A DNA stretch of 64,000 bases from Candidatus Pacearchaeota archaeon (GCA_018303995.1 JAGVXB010000002.1:5916-69915), one strand, 5' to 3'. Numbered from the stretch's first letter, positions 27,569-38,371 are shown. Notes: generated by a model from the letters alone, not told the origin. Translations and numbers: made by a program.

Positions 27569-29824
27569 TTAGAAAAGTGTTTTTTGTTTTGAGCCCTTTA
27601 CTATTTGTTCGTAGTCTATTTTGTGCTTTAGTTTTTGTATTGGTTCTGGGCCGTTTTCAGTGATATAATACTCTACGAGGTTTGATTCCATGCTGTCTAG
27701 GAGACGTGCGGCTTTTACATGCGGGGGAGTTATTTTAGTATAGTCTTTTAAGTCTTTTCTTATTGATTTTCTATATATTAATTTAGAATTTATTTTTCCT
27801 TCTCTTATTTGCTTTATGTAGTCTTTTATGAATGGAATTGGATTTTCTTTGTGAAATACTTTTGTTAATAATTCAATTTGGAAATCTTTAGCTGCTTCAG
27901 TCCAGTCGCCTCGAATTGCTTCTAATCCTACTATTTCCAAGGATTCTTTTCCATTGTTTTCTACTAGTCCGGCATATCTTTTCTTAGAGCCTGCTTCTGT
28001 TTTTGAATTGCGTATTTTTGGGAGCATTAAGGCTATGTAATATTTTTTGAATTCTAGCTCTAAGTATGATTTTCTGTTATATTTTTCTTTAATGTAATTT
28101 TCATAAAAATTGTTTATATATTTTTGCAATTCTAAGCCTAATTGTTTTGCCTTTGTTTTTTCTACGTTTGCGCTTATGAATACGGAGTCTGTGTCACTGT
28201 ATATTACTTTTAGATTTCTTTCTTCAATCTTTTTTGCAGTTAGTTGAATTATTTCTTGTCCAGAATGAGTTATTGCATTGGCTAAGTTCAAGCTAAAATA
28301 TCTGCAATTAGGCGACGCTAAAACGCCGAAGAATGAGTTCATAATTATTTTTATTGCGTAACTGGATAATTCTCTTTGTTCTTTTTTAGCTCTTTCTCTT
28401 TCATTGTGGAGCTTTTCAATTATATAGGGGAGTATTCCTTCTTCGTTTTTGAAATAAATTTTATTTGTTGTTTCTATTGCCCCTTTTTCTTTTTTTTCAA
28501 GCATCGATATTGGATCGATATTAAATGTTTTTATTATTGAAGGATATAGAGATTTGAAGTCTAAAACTAAAACATCATGATAAATTCCTGGTTTTGGCTC
28601 CATTACATAACCGCCTTTGATTCTTTCTTCTTTTTGTTTATAATGGAGTGTTGGAGAGACTACTCCTCGGTTTCTTGCTTCTCTAATGTACAAAGAGTCG
28701 AAAGCGATTATTGAGCCAGTTAATCTGTTTAAAGGCAAGCCTGTTAAAATGGAGCGTTCAATTGCTAAGTCTAGTATTTTTGTTTGAATTAAGAGTTTGT
28801 ATGCTAGCTTACAGTCTTGAATATTATATTCTACTAGCTTATTTTTATCTTTATCATATAATTTTTCTATTTCTTCATGTCTGTCTTTTCCTTTTATTAT
28901 TTTTCCTTCTCCTAACATTTCTTGCGAGACGTTTTCTAATGAATAAGATTCGAATTCTTTGTTTTTTATTGAAGGAGCTTCCTGTATGAATGGGTCTTTG
29001 ATTAAATTTAAGCCGTCTAGGATTTGTCTTCCTGGGATGTTTGCTGATGAATTTCTGAAAAAATTATCTTCTATCTTTAATTTGATGTTTTCATTCGTTC
29101 TCCCGAAGTTAAATGGAATGTTGTGCTCTTCAAATTTCTTTCTTAAATAGTTTAAATCGAAGTCTATTACGTGCCAGCCAGTTATTATGTCTGGGTCGAA
29201 TTTTATTATTTCCTCGCGAAATTTGCTTAACACTTCTGCTTCTGTTTTACAGTTTACTGCCCTTTCTACTTTTTCATTGCTTTTTATGAATGTTTTTTCA
29301 TAATTGTGGCTATATAGTCCGATGCAGAATAGTTCTTCTGTTTTTTTGTTTGTTTCAATATCTAATGATAGAACTTTTAATGGAATGTTTGCGTGTGTTG
29401 GTTTAATCTTTGCATCTTTAAAGATGACATCTACTAATTCTGATGGTTCTGTTTCTCCTGTGATGTCTATAGTGTTGTATAAATTATTGTCTATAATAAA
29501 ACGCATTGTAGGAGTTAAATCTGCTTCATAGGTATTGATATCTTTTTGATGGACTGCTTTGATTATTTTAATTAATTCTGTTTTATTCTCGTGAGATATT
29601 TTTAGAACGTTTTCTTTATTTTTATTTGTGAATTTTGTTTTTTCTATTAATGTACTTTCTAGGACGTTTTTTGCTTTTTCTGCGTCTGACTCTCTTATGT
29701 AGAAATATGGAACGAAGGGAATTACTGTTGCAAACGACTTATTATTTTCTAATCTACCAAAGATTTGAATTAATGTTTTGTCTTCGTTTGTGATTGATGA
29801 GATGTTTACTATATGGGCTTTCAT
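27569..29824 (-). CDS. polB: family B DNA polymerase
   Basis: Exo I (LSLDIET), motif A (LDFKSLYPSII), motif B (KIIMNSFFGVL) and motif C (YSDTDSVF). Confidence 0.93.
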   Translation of the reverse strand: MKAHIVNISSITNEDKTLIQIFGRLENNKSFATVIPFVPYFYIRESDAEKAKNVLESTLIEKTKFTNKNKENVLKISHENKTELIKIIKAVHQKDINTYEADLTPTMRFIIDNNLYNTIDITGETEPSELVDVIFKDAKIKPTHANIPLKVLSLDIETNKKTEELFCIGLYSHNYEKTFIKSNEKVERAVNCKTEAEVLSKFREEIIKFDPDIITGWHVIDFDLNYLRKKFEEHNIPFNFGRTNENIKLKIEDNFFRNSSANIPGRQILDGLNLIKDPFIQEAPSIKNKEFESYSLENVSQEMLGEGKIIKGKDRHEEIEKLYDKDKNKLVEYNIQDCKLAYKLLIQTKILDLAIERSILTGLPLNRLTGSIIAFDSLYIREARNRGVVSPTLHYKQKEERIKGGYVMEPKPGIYHDVLVLDFKSLYPSIIKTFNIDPISMLEKKEKGAIETTNKIYFKNEEGILPYIIEKLHNERERAKKEQRELSSYAIKIIMNSFFGVLASPNCRYFSLNLANAITHSGQEIIQLTAKKIEERNLKVIYSDTDSVFISANVEKTKAKQLGLELQKYINNFYENYIKEKYNRKSYLELEFKKYYIALMLPKIRNSKTEAGSKKRYAGLVENNGKESLEIVGLEAIRGDWTEAAKDFQIELLTKVFHKENPIPFIKDYIKQIREGKINSKLIYRKSIRKDLKDYTKITPPHVKAARLLDSMESNLVEYYITENGPEPIQKLKHKIDYEQIVKGSKQKTLF

Positions 29825-29835
29825 GGATATTGTAG

Positions 29836-30615
29836 TTAATTATGCTTTTTTAGGGTTTCTATTGTATCTTTATGTTTTGCTATTACTCTTTCCGCATACA
29901 TTCTTTCTAAAATGGTTAATTTTTCATTTGAAAGACCTTTCTCTAAAATACTGTATCCTCTATGCAATTGAGTTAATGCGCCTGCCATAAGTGTACGAGA
30001 TGGTTTTATTTGACTTTTTTTTGCTCTTTCTATTTGTGATGCGTATGCATCAATTTCTCCTATTCCAATTATTACTTCTGGTCTTATCTCACCTGTGTTG
30101 CATAATCTTGTTAATTCTTCTCCTCTTACTATTCTACCACCAAAATCGTATCCGTTTCTGTGCTCTTCTGCATGTACATCTTCGTGATATATTGCATTCT
30201 CTAAATCTGCTAGAGATTTGACTTCTGGAGCACCAATTAATTCTTTTCTTACAAATATTTGTCTTTTTTGTCCATCTCCTACTTTTGTGCTTACATCTGC
30301 AACACTCATATAATGTCCTTCTGCTAGTTTTCTGCTATTTTGAATACTAATTTCTATTTCACTTGGAGACATACGACCACTTAGAGAAGATCTTAAATAA
30401 GCATCTGAATCTTTGAAATCAGGATCATAAATTATTCTAGATATATTTTCAGGATTACAATTTCTGAAAGCTTCGTCTAAGGTTTGTTGAGGGTTTTCAA
30501 AACTGATTGTTCTTTTTTCTTCTGGAATGCTTTCATATTTTGAGAAAATTATTCCACCACTCAGCAATGCTGCTGATGCTAATCCTCCTATTGTCCATTT
30601 AGTTATTGATTTCAT
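29836..30615 (-). CDS. membrane-anchored/secreted putative zinc metalloprotease
   Basis: N-terminal TM segment (GGLASAALLSGGIIF) and an HExxH motif (YHEDVHAEEH). Confidence 0.45.
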   Translation of the reverse strand: MKSITKWTIGGLASAALLSGGIIFSKYESIPEEKRTISFENPQQTLDEAFRNCNPENISRIIYDPDFKDSDAYLRSSLSGRMSPSEIEISIQNSRKLAEGHYMSVADVSTKVGDGQKRQIFVRKELIGAPEVKSLADLENAIYHEDVHAEEHRNGYDFGGRIVRGEELTRLCNTGEIRPEVIIGIGEIDAYASQIERAKKSQIKPSRTLMAGALTQLHRGYSILEKGLSNEKLTILERMYAERVIAKHKDTIETLKKHN

Positions 30616-30718
30616 ATTGTTTTTATATAAAAATGGAGGTTTAAAAGGATTTTGATTGTTATTACTCTTTAGTTAAATAAATAGTAAGGTTTAAATATGT
30701 ATGATTTAATGATTTTAG

Positions 30719-31099
30719 ATGGTAGTTCGAGAAATTGAGCATTATAAAAGTGTTGAACTTTATCCTTACGTAGTTCATGCTTCCAGAATAGCTCTGCCTT
30801 ACTTTAATAGGGGATTTGGGCGTACTCAATTAGTTAAAAGATTTGAAGATCTTGATGATGCTCTTTTTCCTGTAGGAGATTATCAAAATCTTAGTCATAG
30901 GGAATTATTTGGTAAACTTAATAAAATTCGTGCACAGCTGTGGCCTATTCTTGAAAGAGTTTCTCATAGTGTTGCTGATGAGATCAGTCGGTCAAACCAG
31001 TCTCTGGCTTCTGAATGCGGATATGAAGGTGAAGTTAGTGACAGAACTTTACTTCCTAGAACACCTGAACAACTTGCTCGCGATGGTGTTTTTGACTGA
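30719..31099 (+). CDS. hypothetical protein (126 aa)
   Basis: ORF only. Confidence 0.4.
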   Translation: MVVREIEHYKSVELYPYVVHASRIALPYFNRGFGRTQLVKRFEDLDDALFPVGDYQNLSHRELFGKLNKIRAQLWPILERVSHSVADEISRSNQSLASECGYEGEVSDRTLLPRTPEQLARDGVFD

Positions 31100-31162
31100 T
31101 AAGAATTTTTATTAACTCTAGATATGTTGTTTATTTATGGTTTCAACTCTTAAATTAAGTAA

Positions 31163-32194
31163 ATGGGGAGATTAGTCATGGGTTTACAAATAGGCGATTT
31201 GGTTTCTCGGAAAGAAGTTACTTTTTCCGAGTTGAAAGGGAAGACTATTGCTATTGATGCTTTTAATGTGATATATCAGTTTTTGTCTTCTGTTAGACAA
31301 CCAGATGGAACTCCGCTAATGGATTCTTCTGGCCAAGTTACTTCGCATTTGTCTGGGTTGTTTTATAGGAATATTGCCCTTCTTGCTGAAGGGATTAGTT
31401 TAATTTATGTTTTTGATGGAGAGTATCATGTTCTTAAGGGAAAGACTCATGAATTACGCCAGGCTGCTAAGGATGTTGCTGTTGAGAAATATGAAGAAGC
31501 TGTTGATGAGGGGGATGTTGATGGGATGGGGAAGTATGCTCGTGGTTTTTCTAAAGTTGATGACAAGATGATTTCTGAAAGTAAGGAGTTGCTTGAGGCG
31601 ATGGGTATTGCTGTAGTTCAGGCACCTGGTGAGGGAGAGATGCAGGCTGCTGAACTTGTTAAAAGTGGACAGGCTTATGCTGTCGGCTCTCAAGATTATG
31701 ATGCTCTTGTCGTTGGAGGAACTCGTTTAATTCAAAATTTGACTTTATCTCGCAAACGCAAGACTGTTTCCGGATTTATTTACATAGCGCCGGAAATGAT
31801 TGAATTTGAAGGGGTTATTAATCAACTTGGGATTAATTGGGATCAGCTTATTTGTTTAGCTATTTTAGTTGGGACGGACTTTAATCCTGGGGGCGTTAAG
31901 GGTATTGGGCCTAAGAAGGCGCTTGCTCTTGTTAAGCAGTTTGTTTATCCTGTGAAGATATTTGAAAGTGTAGTTGAAAGACATGGAGATTTAGGTTTTA
32001 ATTGGATGGAGATATTTGAGATTTTCAAGAAACCGAATGTTTCAAAGCATAAAGTTACTTTTCCTAAAGTTAATGAAGAGAAGATTAAAGAGATTCTTGT
32101 TACTCGACATGAGTTTTCTGCTGAACGTGTGGAGAATCAGCTTGTTAAGTTGCGAGAGATTAAGTCTAGAAGCGCGCAGAAGAGTCTGTTTTAG
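31163..32194 (+). CDS. fen: flap endonuclease 1
   Basis: MGLQIGDLV...IAIDAFNVIYQFLS...DGTPL...TSHLSGLFYR...VFDG..., then the H3TH region GTDFNPGGVKGIGPKKA. The likely start is ATG 31178. Confidence 0.92.
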   Translation: MGRLVMGLQIGDLVSRKEVTFSELKGKTIAIDAFNVIYQFLSSVRQPDGTPLMDSSGQVTSHLSGLFYRNIALLAEGISLIYVFDGEYHVLKGKTHELRQAAKDVAVEKYEEAVDEGDVDGMGKYARGFSKVDDKMISESKELLEAMGIAVVQAPGEGEMQAAELVKSGQAYAVGSQDYDALVVGGTRLIQNLTLSRKRKTVSGFIYIAPEMIEFEGVINQLGINWDQLICLAILVGTDFNPGGVKGIGPKKALALVKQFVYPVKIFESVVERHGDLGFNWMEIFEIFKKPNVSKHKVTFPKVNEEKIKEILVTRHEFSAERVENQLVKLREIKSRSAQKSLF

Positions 32195-32979
32195 ATATTC
32201 TCTATGCCTTCAAGGTCTCTTCTAGCTCTTTCTTTGAGTTCTTCTTCTTCTTGTTTTTCTTGTTCTTCTTTTAATTTTTGGGATTCTATTTTAATTATTT
32301 CTTTCTTATTTTTTCTGGATTCTTCTTTTCCTTCTTTGGCATTTCTTTCTAATATTTTCTTCTTTGTTATTTGTTTGATTTGACTTGATAAAAGTAGTAT
32401 TGAAAGCAATAATATTAGTATTGTGAAAAAGTAAACATATTTTCCTATTGTTTCTTCTATATTTGATGCTGTTTCAATAAGATAAGTGGCCATTGACTTT
32501 TCTATGCGTACTGATGAGATAAAGATTATCCAAGAGGCAAGAATAATTCCTTTAATATATTTCTTTTTTTTACCCTCGATGTATATATTGATTATATGAG
32601 TTAAATCATAGAGCAATTTTATCAATATTATGTAAATTATTAAGGTTAATGTAAAAAACCAAGATATTGTGAATCCTATGCCTAAAATAATGTTGAATAC
32701 AGGGTCAAGGTATTTGAATAGACTTTCTATTTTTTTTAAGATTTTTCCGAATGTAGTTTGTTCTAGTATTTCTGTTTTCTTTTCTTCAAGGAATTCTTCT
32801 CTTATTTTATCATTTCCTATTATATTTATTATATCTTCTGGACTTTCTAATACTTCTTCATTTGTTTCATTACTTGGAATGTTTGAATTAGCTTGGGAAT
32901 ATGCTCCATTGACAAATAAACTTGTGATAAAGATTGCTACTATGATCATCAAAACCAGCTTTTTTTGCATGGATTGCAA
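32191..32979 (-). CDS. membrane protein with signal peptide and lysine/glutamate-rich C-terminal tail
   Basis: N-terminal hydrophobic leader, several TM segments, and the tail KEEQEKQEEEELKERARRD. Confidence 0.5.
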   Translation of the reverse strand: MQSMQKKLVLMIIVAIFITSLFVNGAYSQANSNIPSNETNEEVLESPEDIINIIGNDKIREEFLEEKKTEILEQTTFGKILKKIESLFKYLDPVFNIILGIGFTISWFFTLTLIIYIILIKLLYDLTHIINIYIEGKKKKYIKGIILASWIIFISSVRIEKSMATYLIETASNIEETIGKYVYFFTILILLLSILLLSSQIKQITKKKILERNAKEGKEESRKNKKEIIKIESQKLKEEQEKQEEEELKERARRDLEGIENI

Positions 32980-33096
32980 AATACTCTATTTTTTTTAAGT
33001 CTTTACATATGCGTTTATTTAGTTAACTACTATATAGTAGATACTAAATCGAAAGGTTTAAATAGGGGTTTGTATATCATTTTTTAGGATAATAAC

Positions 33097-33744
33097 ATGA
33101 CAAGAGAATATACTGCTGGAGGAAGAACCGTTATTGGTGATATTGCTAGCGGAGCGAAGAGGGCTTATGAAGGGATGATTAGACCTGCTGTTGGTTGTCT
33201 TGCTAACGGGGTGAGAGGAGTTTATAATAAAGCAGTCAGGCCTGCTGTTAGTTATCTTGGTGCTGGAGGTGTTGCGGGAGGTCTTGTTGGAATTGCTATT
33301 ACTGGAGGACCTATTGGGGCAGTGCTTGGTACAGTTGTTGGAAAGAAATGGAGAGAAGGTCTTAAAATAGCTGGGGAGTTAAAAGAGCGAAATGATCAAG
33401 TTATAGCTATGGCTGAGGCTTATGAGGAAGCTACTAGTGCTACTCCTACAGGTTATGGTGTTAGAGACTCTTTTATATTTCCTAGAGCAGAAGCTCGAAA
33501 AGCTGCACGTGCTTATGGGAGTTTGTGCGATAAAGTCGAGGATGAATTAGGTATTGAGAAGCCAAATTTTAAAACTGTTAAAAAATATGTTGGTTTACAG
33601 AATGAAGCAAATGCTTTGTTTGGTGCTGACGCTTCAGTTAGAGAATACCTTAAAGCAAAGGAAATGTTTAGAGCAGCTTATAATGCAGACCCTGCAGATA
33701 TAGGACAACTTAGAGACTTTTTACAAAGACTTAGAGGACCATGA
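33097..33744 (+). CDS. hypothetical protein with a glycine-rich hydrophobic segment
   Basis: ORF with repeated RPAV.. units and GAGGVAGGLVGIAITGGPIGAVLGTVVG. Confidence 0.45.
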   Translation: MTREYTAGGRTVIGDIASGAKRAYEGMIRPAVGCLANGVRGVYNKAVRPAVSYLGAGGVAGGLVGIAITGGPIGAVLGTVVGKKWREGLKIAGELKERNDQVIAMAEAYEEATSATPTGYGVRDSFIFPRAEARKAARAYGSLCDKVEDELGIEKPNFKTVKKYVGLQNEANALFGADASVREYLKAKEMFRAAYNADPADIGQLRDFLQRLRGP

Positions 33745-33746
33745 TT

Positions 33747-34376
33747 TTAGGTTTTGTTCATATAAGCTTTTAGTCGCCTTACATTTTTTATTTCTTTTAT
33801 ATATTTATTTTCTTGTCTTTTTATTGAATACCAATTTAGTATGGCTGGAAGGTAACCTATTTCTACAGCAAGAATTATTAATTTATATAAATAATTGTCA
33901 ATTATTGCGCTTAGAGTTATTATTTGGATTATATTTCCGAGAATTGGTATTTGTGTAAGAGTTGCATATCCTATTGCCATAACAAAGACTTTAACTGGTG
34001 TTCCTGCTATTGTGTTTATCCATCTTATTTTCATATATTCGATTTCAATTCCGCTGTCAAAAATTCCTTTTATTTTTTTTTCACCTTCTTCTTTGCCTTT
34101 TATGTAGCTATAATATCCCTTTATTAAAAATGAGGTTAGCCACAATATGATTCCTGCAAATAAGGCAAGAATGAAATGACTGAAAAAATTGTCGCTAAAA
34201 TTGCCTAAATCTTCTAGTCCGAATATTTTTTTGCTGAATTCGAGTGATTTTTCTAGAAAACTTGTCGGGGATGTTGTAGTATTTAATGATGCAAATGTGC
34301 CAATTATTATAAGAACCAATAGACTTCCCGTTATTATGTTTATGAAACTCATTTTATGAACTGCGTAAGGCTTCAA
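33747..34376 (-). CDS. multi-pass membrane protein, tandem family member 1
   Basis: Shares QIPILGNIIQIITLS plus a basic Y/K-rich tail with the next two genes. The probable start is the internal ATG (MSFINII) near 34352. Confidence 0.55.
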   Translation of the reverse strand: MKPYAVHKMSFINIITGSLLVLIIIGTFASLNTTTSPTSFLEKSLEFSKKIFGLEDLGNFSDNFFSHFILALFAGIILWLTSFLIKGYYSYIKGKEEGEKKIKGIFDSGIEIEYMKIRWINTIAGTPVKVFVMAIGYATLTQIPILGNIIQIITLSAIIDNYLYKLIILAVEIGYLPAILNWYSIKRQENKYIKEIKNVRRLKAYMNKT

Positions 34377-35034
34377 TTGCCGCTTTATTTGCCTTTATTT
34401 TGAGTAGTTCGCCTCTATATTTTTTTCTTAATTTATATGTGGAGTATGCTTCTATTGCAGCAGGGCCCATTCCTAGAACAAATGCTACTATAAGTGGCTT
34501 TACAATAAAGTATGCAACGGTATCTTTGAAAATCATTAGAGGTTCAAAAGTTATTATTTGAATGGCTACTTTTATGAAAGGTATTTGGTTTAAGATAAAG
34601 TAGAACATTCCAATGGGAATTGCTTTCCAAAACTGGTTTCCGGCGAATTTAAGCCAGCTATTATTTGCTATGATTTTTAGGTCAGTTTCATTAATTCCTG
34701 GATTCATTATTTTTTCAACTTTAGTTGCTATAAAATAAATTAGGCAAATGTAAAATCCCGCTATAAATCCTATAAAGAGGTCTTTGAAAGAGTCTAAAAA
34801 TCCTCTTTCAAAACCTAAAATCTGAAGTATTTTGGTTTTTGAAAAATCTGTGAATTTTTGTATGGAGTTTACGTTTTTCCAGTCCCAGGTTGTAGAGCTA
34901 GATGTTTCGATGGATGTGAGTTGTTTCCATGTATCTGGAAGAAAGAAGAATATGATTCCTACTATAACTACTACAATTATTGCTATGGCTATTAAAATCT
35001 TTATTGTTAAACTTATTCCTCTTTTGTTCATCAT
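34354..35034 (-). CDS. multi-pass membrane protein, tandem family member 2
   Basis: NQIPFIKVAIQIITFE motif, then a TM segment and a basic tail (YKLRKKYRGELLKIK). Confidence 0.55.
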   Translation of the reverse strand: MMNKRGISLTIKILIAIAIIVVVIVGIIFFFLPDTWKQLTSIETSSSTTWDWKNVNSIQKFTDFSKTKILQILGFERGFLDSFKDLFIGFIAGFYICLIYFIATKVEKIMNPGINETDLKIIANNSWLKFAGNQFWKAIPIGMFYFILNQIPFIKVAIQIITFEPLMIFKDTVAYFIVKPLIVAFVLGMGPAAIEAYSTYKLRKKYRGELLKIKANKAAIEALRSS

Positions 35035-35066
35035 GTTATATTTATTTGTTTTTGGTGTTTAAATAT

Positions 35067-36104
35067 TTAGATTTCCGCCTTTTTCTTCAGATATTCTTCT
35101 TTTAACGCTTTCTTGTATTTAATGTATTCTGTATTGTATTCATTAAATTTTTCTATATAGGGGTCTATGAATAGGATTGCCGCTGAGACAATGATTGCCC
35201 TTATCCAGAATGGTGTGCCTATGATTTCAAGAGTAATTATTTTTAAAAGGAGGTTTAGAATAGGAACTCCGCTTCCAACGAAATAAACTATTGAAAATAG
35301 TGCGGTTCTGTTAAATATATTTTTGAATTCTTTCTGTTTTTTAATATATTGCATCATTCTTTTATTTACGTTTTCAATTTCTGAAGTTTCTAAATATTGA
35401 GAAGAATTGTTTTGTTTGAGTTGAGGTCTATGGACAATGGTGAAAAATTTGATTATAAGGTAAATTATAATAATAATTCCAATGACTAATGCATCAAAGA
35501 AGAGAAGCCTATAAAGAAAATTGTCTATGTTCCAGAAACTTCCTTCGAACAAATATGGTCCGTCTATTCTTGGAAACCATCCAGTTATCTTATTCATTCC
35601 TTCTTTTATTGATGCAAAGTTTTTGTCAATGAAATTATCTAATACTCCTATTGTTTTTGATGCTCCTGTCCATAACCCGATAGTTATTTTAGAAAACAGG
35701 GTTTGTTCACCTGTTGCTGTTAACGTTGGTGTTGGAGGAGTTATGATTATTGGTTGACTGTTTGTTGAAAGAATTAAAATAAGTGCAAATATAGCAAATA
35801 CGGCATATGTGATGAAGTTAGACTTATTTGAATCATAAATACTTTTTATTTTATTTATATTTGATTTATTAACATCTTTTATTTTTTCTCTTATGTTTGA
35901 AAGAAAAATTCTTATTTTTGCAGGTGCGAACATTGGTTTTATTATTTCAAAAATTGACATATAAAACCATAAAGCTATTGCAATTAATCCTAGTAAACTT
36001 CCAATCCATTTATTTGTGAATGATGATGCTAGGTATGTTAGCGCTGTTATGCCTATTAAGGCTAATGCAGTCTTATTACCTGCCATCTTATCACCTAATT
36101 TCAT
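35067..36104 (-). CDS. multi-pass membrane protein, tandem family member 3
   Basis: GSGVPILNLLLKIITLE motif, then a TM segment and a basic tail (YIKYKKALKEEYLKKK). Confidence 0.55.
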   Translation of the reverse strand: MKLGDKMAGNKTALALIGITALTYLASSFTNKWIGSLLGLIAIALWFYMSIFEIIKPMFAPAKIRIFLSNIREKIKDVNKSNINKIKSIYDSNKSNFITYAVFAIFALILILSTNSQPIIITPPTPTLTATGEQTLFSKITIGLWTGASKTIGVLDNFIDKNFASIKEGMNKITGWFPRIDGPYLFEGSFWNIDNFLYRLLFFDALVIGIIIIIYLIIKFFTIVHRPQLKQNNSSQYLETSEIENVNKRMMQYIKKQKEFKNIFNRTALFSIVYFVGSGVPILNLLLKIITLEIIGTPFWIRAIIVSAAILFIDPYIEKFNEYNTEYIKYKKALKEEYLKKKAEI

Positions 36105-36242
36105 ACTTCATCGAGGGAATTTGTATTTATATAATTGTGCTTGATTGCTTCAAATGGGTCTTATACCCCTTAGCTTGCTACAATAGTTCCCATTTGAAGG
36201 CTTAAAGAATACCCTACGGCTTGCTGTGGTTGGGATTCTTTA

Positions 36243-36737
36243 TTAATTTTTTTTGTATCTTACCCATTTATGTATTGAATTATCGAAAAATATTAGCAAT
36301 AAAGTTAGTCCTGCTAATATCCAATTCATTAGCTTTCCTTGTTCTGATAAATTGTAATATTGGTCATAGAATACGAATGCAAACGAGCCTGCGAATAAGA
36401 TTATTAAAAATTTTCTGATTAATGATGTGGTGTTTTTTCTATGTATGAGGTATGTTATTACGAGCATTATTGCAATGTATATAAGAAATATTCCTAGGAA
36501 TTTTGATGAAATTCCCATGTTTTGTATTGCGGTTTCGCTTATGCTTCTGGCAGCAACTATCGCAATTACTAAACTAATAATTCCTTTTATTGAATTGCTC
36601 CATTGTAGCATTTTCATTTGTCTTAAAATGGCATAAATTGCCACAAAAATTATGAGAAGAAAGATGATTCTTATTTGGAGTGTTTCGTCAAGATTGATTA
36701 ATTCGTCAAAGATATTCATTAGACTGTGAGTTATCAT
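36243..36737 (-). CDS. multi-pass membrane protein (164 aa)
   Basis: Four to five hydrophobic helices. No recognised motif. Confidence 0.5.
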   Translation of the reverse strand: MITHSLMNIFDELINLDETLQIRIIFLLIIFVAIYAILRQMKMLQWSNSIKGIISLVIAIVAARSISETAIQNMGISSKFLGIFLIYIAIMLVITYLIHRKNTTSLIRKFLIILFAGSFAFVFYDQYYNLSEQGKLMNWILAGLTLLLIFFDNSIHKWVRYKKN

Positions 36738-36825
36738 ATGTTTAAATACTGTTTTGCTTAACCTATTTTAATTATATAGTAGTAAAAATAGTAACATTTA
36801 AATAGTTTAATTTAATCTTTAAATT

Positions 36826-37179
36826 ATGAAAAAAGATGTATCTGATACCGTTATGGATAGGTTAAACATAGATAGGGGTGTCAGAGATTTAATAAGGCAG
36901 ATGTGGGAGCATGATTGTGAGACGAAGGCTTCGTGTGAAGGGCATGGGGTTAAACCTGCTTATGTTCTTCTTTCACAGAGTGGTGACGGCTGGTTTGAAA
37001 AGAACGCTCACTTATATGGGCTTAGAAGGGCTTTAAATGGTTCTTGTTGCGAGTCTCGAGTTGTTGGTAATGTTTGTGGAGTATGCGGTGCAGGAATAAG
37101 AGGAAATTCTGTTTATAGGGGAAGGATAGTTCAAAATCCGGTTGCTTTTGAAAGTGATGTTACTGAAGTTAGTTTTTAA
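36826..37179 (+). CDS. small cysteine-rich protein
   Basis: CETKASCEGH...CCESRVVGNVCGVCG cysteine pattern in 117 aa. Confidence 0.45.
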   Translation: MKKDVSDTVMDRLNIDRGVRDLIRQMWEHDCETKASCEGHGVKPAYVLLSQSGDGWFEKNAHLYGLRRALNGSCCESRVVGNVCGVCGAGIRGNSVYRGRIVQNPVAFESDVTEVSF

Positions 37180-37287
37180 TATTCTTTAATATGTTGAACT
37201 TTTATGATTCTTAGCGTATGACCTAAAACTCCGATGCTTTTTGAGATATTAATAAGACTTAAATACTAGCTATTTTTTATTTAGATT

Positions 37288-38271
37288 ATGATAAATAAAA
37301 GGTTAGGTGTATTGCTTTTTGTTTTTGGGCTCATTGTTTTAGGGAGTATTTTCGTTAGTGCACAGAATGATTTTTGGGATAATGTAAATCCAATGGGAGA
37401 TGTTTTTCAGAATACAGATCTTTTTAATTTGCAGACTGGTGCTTTGAAAGTTGTTTTTCTTGCTATATTGATTGTTCTTATATTTGCAGGACTTATGGAA
37501 GCTGACTTTCCTAAATCTACTTCTTTAAAGTTTATTATTTCTGTTTTGTTGGGATATTTGGCTACTATTTTAATTACTGGTGATGAGATTACTGCTGCGA
37601 TGCTTTCATATAAAGCGTTTGGAGTTGCTCTTATTTTATTTATTCCTATAATGGGGCTTGGATTTGTGACTTATGTTTCTGTTCAAAAAGGAAAGGGAGT
37701 ATTTATTGTGGCGCAGAGACTTTTGTGGCTTGCTTATGCAATGTTTTTGATAATATATGTTATAGGACTTGTTTTGTTGAGGTGGGATGTAGGGTTTGGA
37801 GGATTTGGAGATAATGGTAAGATTAATGAAAGTTTGGGAACTTATACTACTAGTTTAGAGGCATTGAGAAATGCGCAGTCTGAGTTGGCTAAACTTCCAG
37901 TTGAGAAAGATAGTAATGGAAATCCTATTGGAGCTTATAAAACTAAAAAAGATTTAGTTGATGGTGCTCAACGTAATTTAGATGCTTCGGAAGAGAAGCT
38001 TCCCGCGTTGATTAACCAATATAGATTTATTTTTGGGCCTAAATATCTGGAATATGGTTCTGATGAAAAGTTTAAAGTAAGTAATACTACTCTTCTTATA
38101 TTGTCTGTGATGGCTATATTTGTTCTTGTGGTTTTTGTTATTAACAATAATAATGTTGTTGCGTATTTAGAGAAAGACATAAGTCAGAGAGATATTGATG
38201 AAGAGAGAAATTTGATTAAGAAGTCTCATGCTAGAGATGTTGCTAATGCTGAAGTTGTTGGTAAGAGATAG
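37288..38271 (+). CDS. membrane protein with signal peptide
   Basis: Signal-like N-terminus (VLLFVFGLIVLGSIFVSA), multiple TM segments and a soluble loop. Confidence 0.5.
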   Translation: MINKRLGVLLFVFGLIVLGSIFVSAQNDFWDNVNPMGDVFQNTDLFNLQTGALKVVFLAILIVLIFAGLMEADFPKSTSLKFIISVLLGYLATILITGDEITAAMLSYKAFGVALILFIPIMGLGFVTYVSVQKGKGVFIVAQRLLWLAYAMFLIIYVIGLVLLRWDVGFGGFGDNGKINESLGTYTTSLEALRNAQSELAKLPVEKDSNGNPIGAYKTKKDLVDGAQRNLDASEEKLPALINQYRFIFGPKYLEYGSDEKFKVSNTTLLILSVMAIFVLVVFVINNNNVVAYLEKDISQRDIDEERNLIKKSHARDVANAEVVGKR

Positions 38272-38371
38272 TTTATTTTAATTTAATGGTCTGGTTTGTA
38301 CTGATTTGTGATGGTGTTTTAAAGTTCTGTTTGTTATTGAATATTATAATTTTGCTGTGAATTAATTTGTT

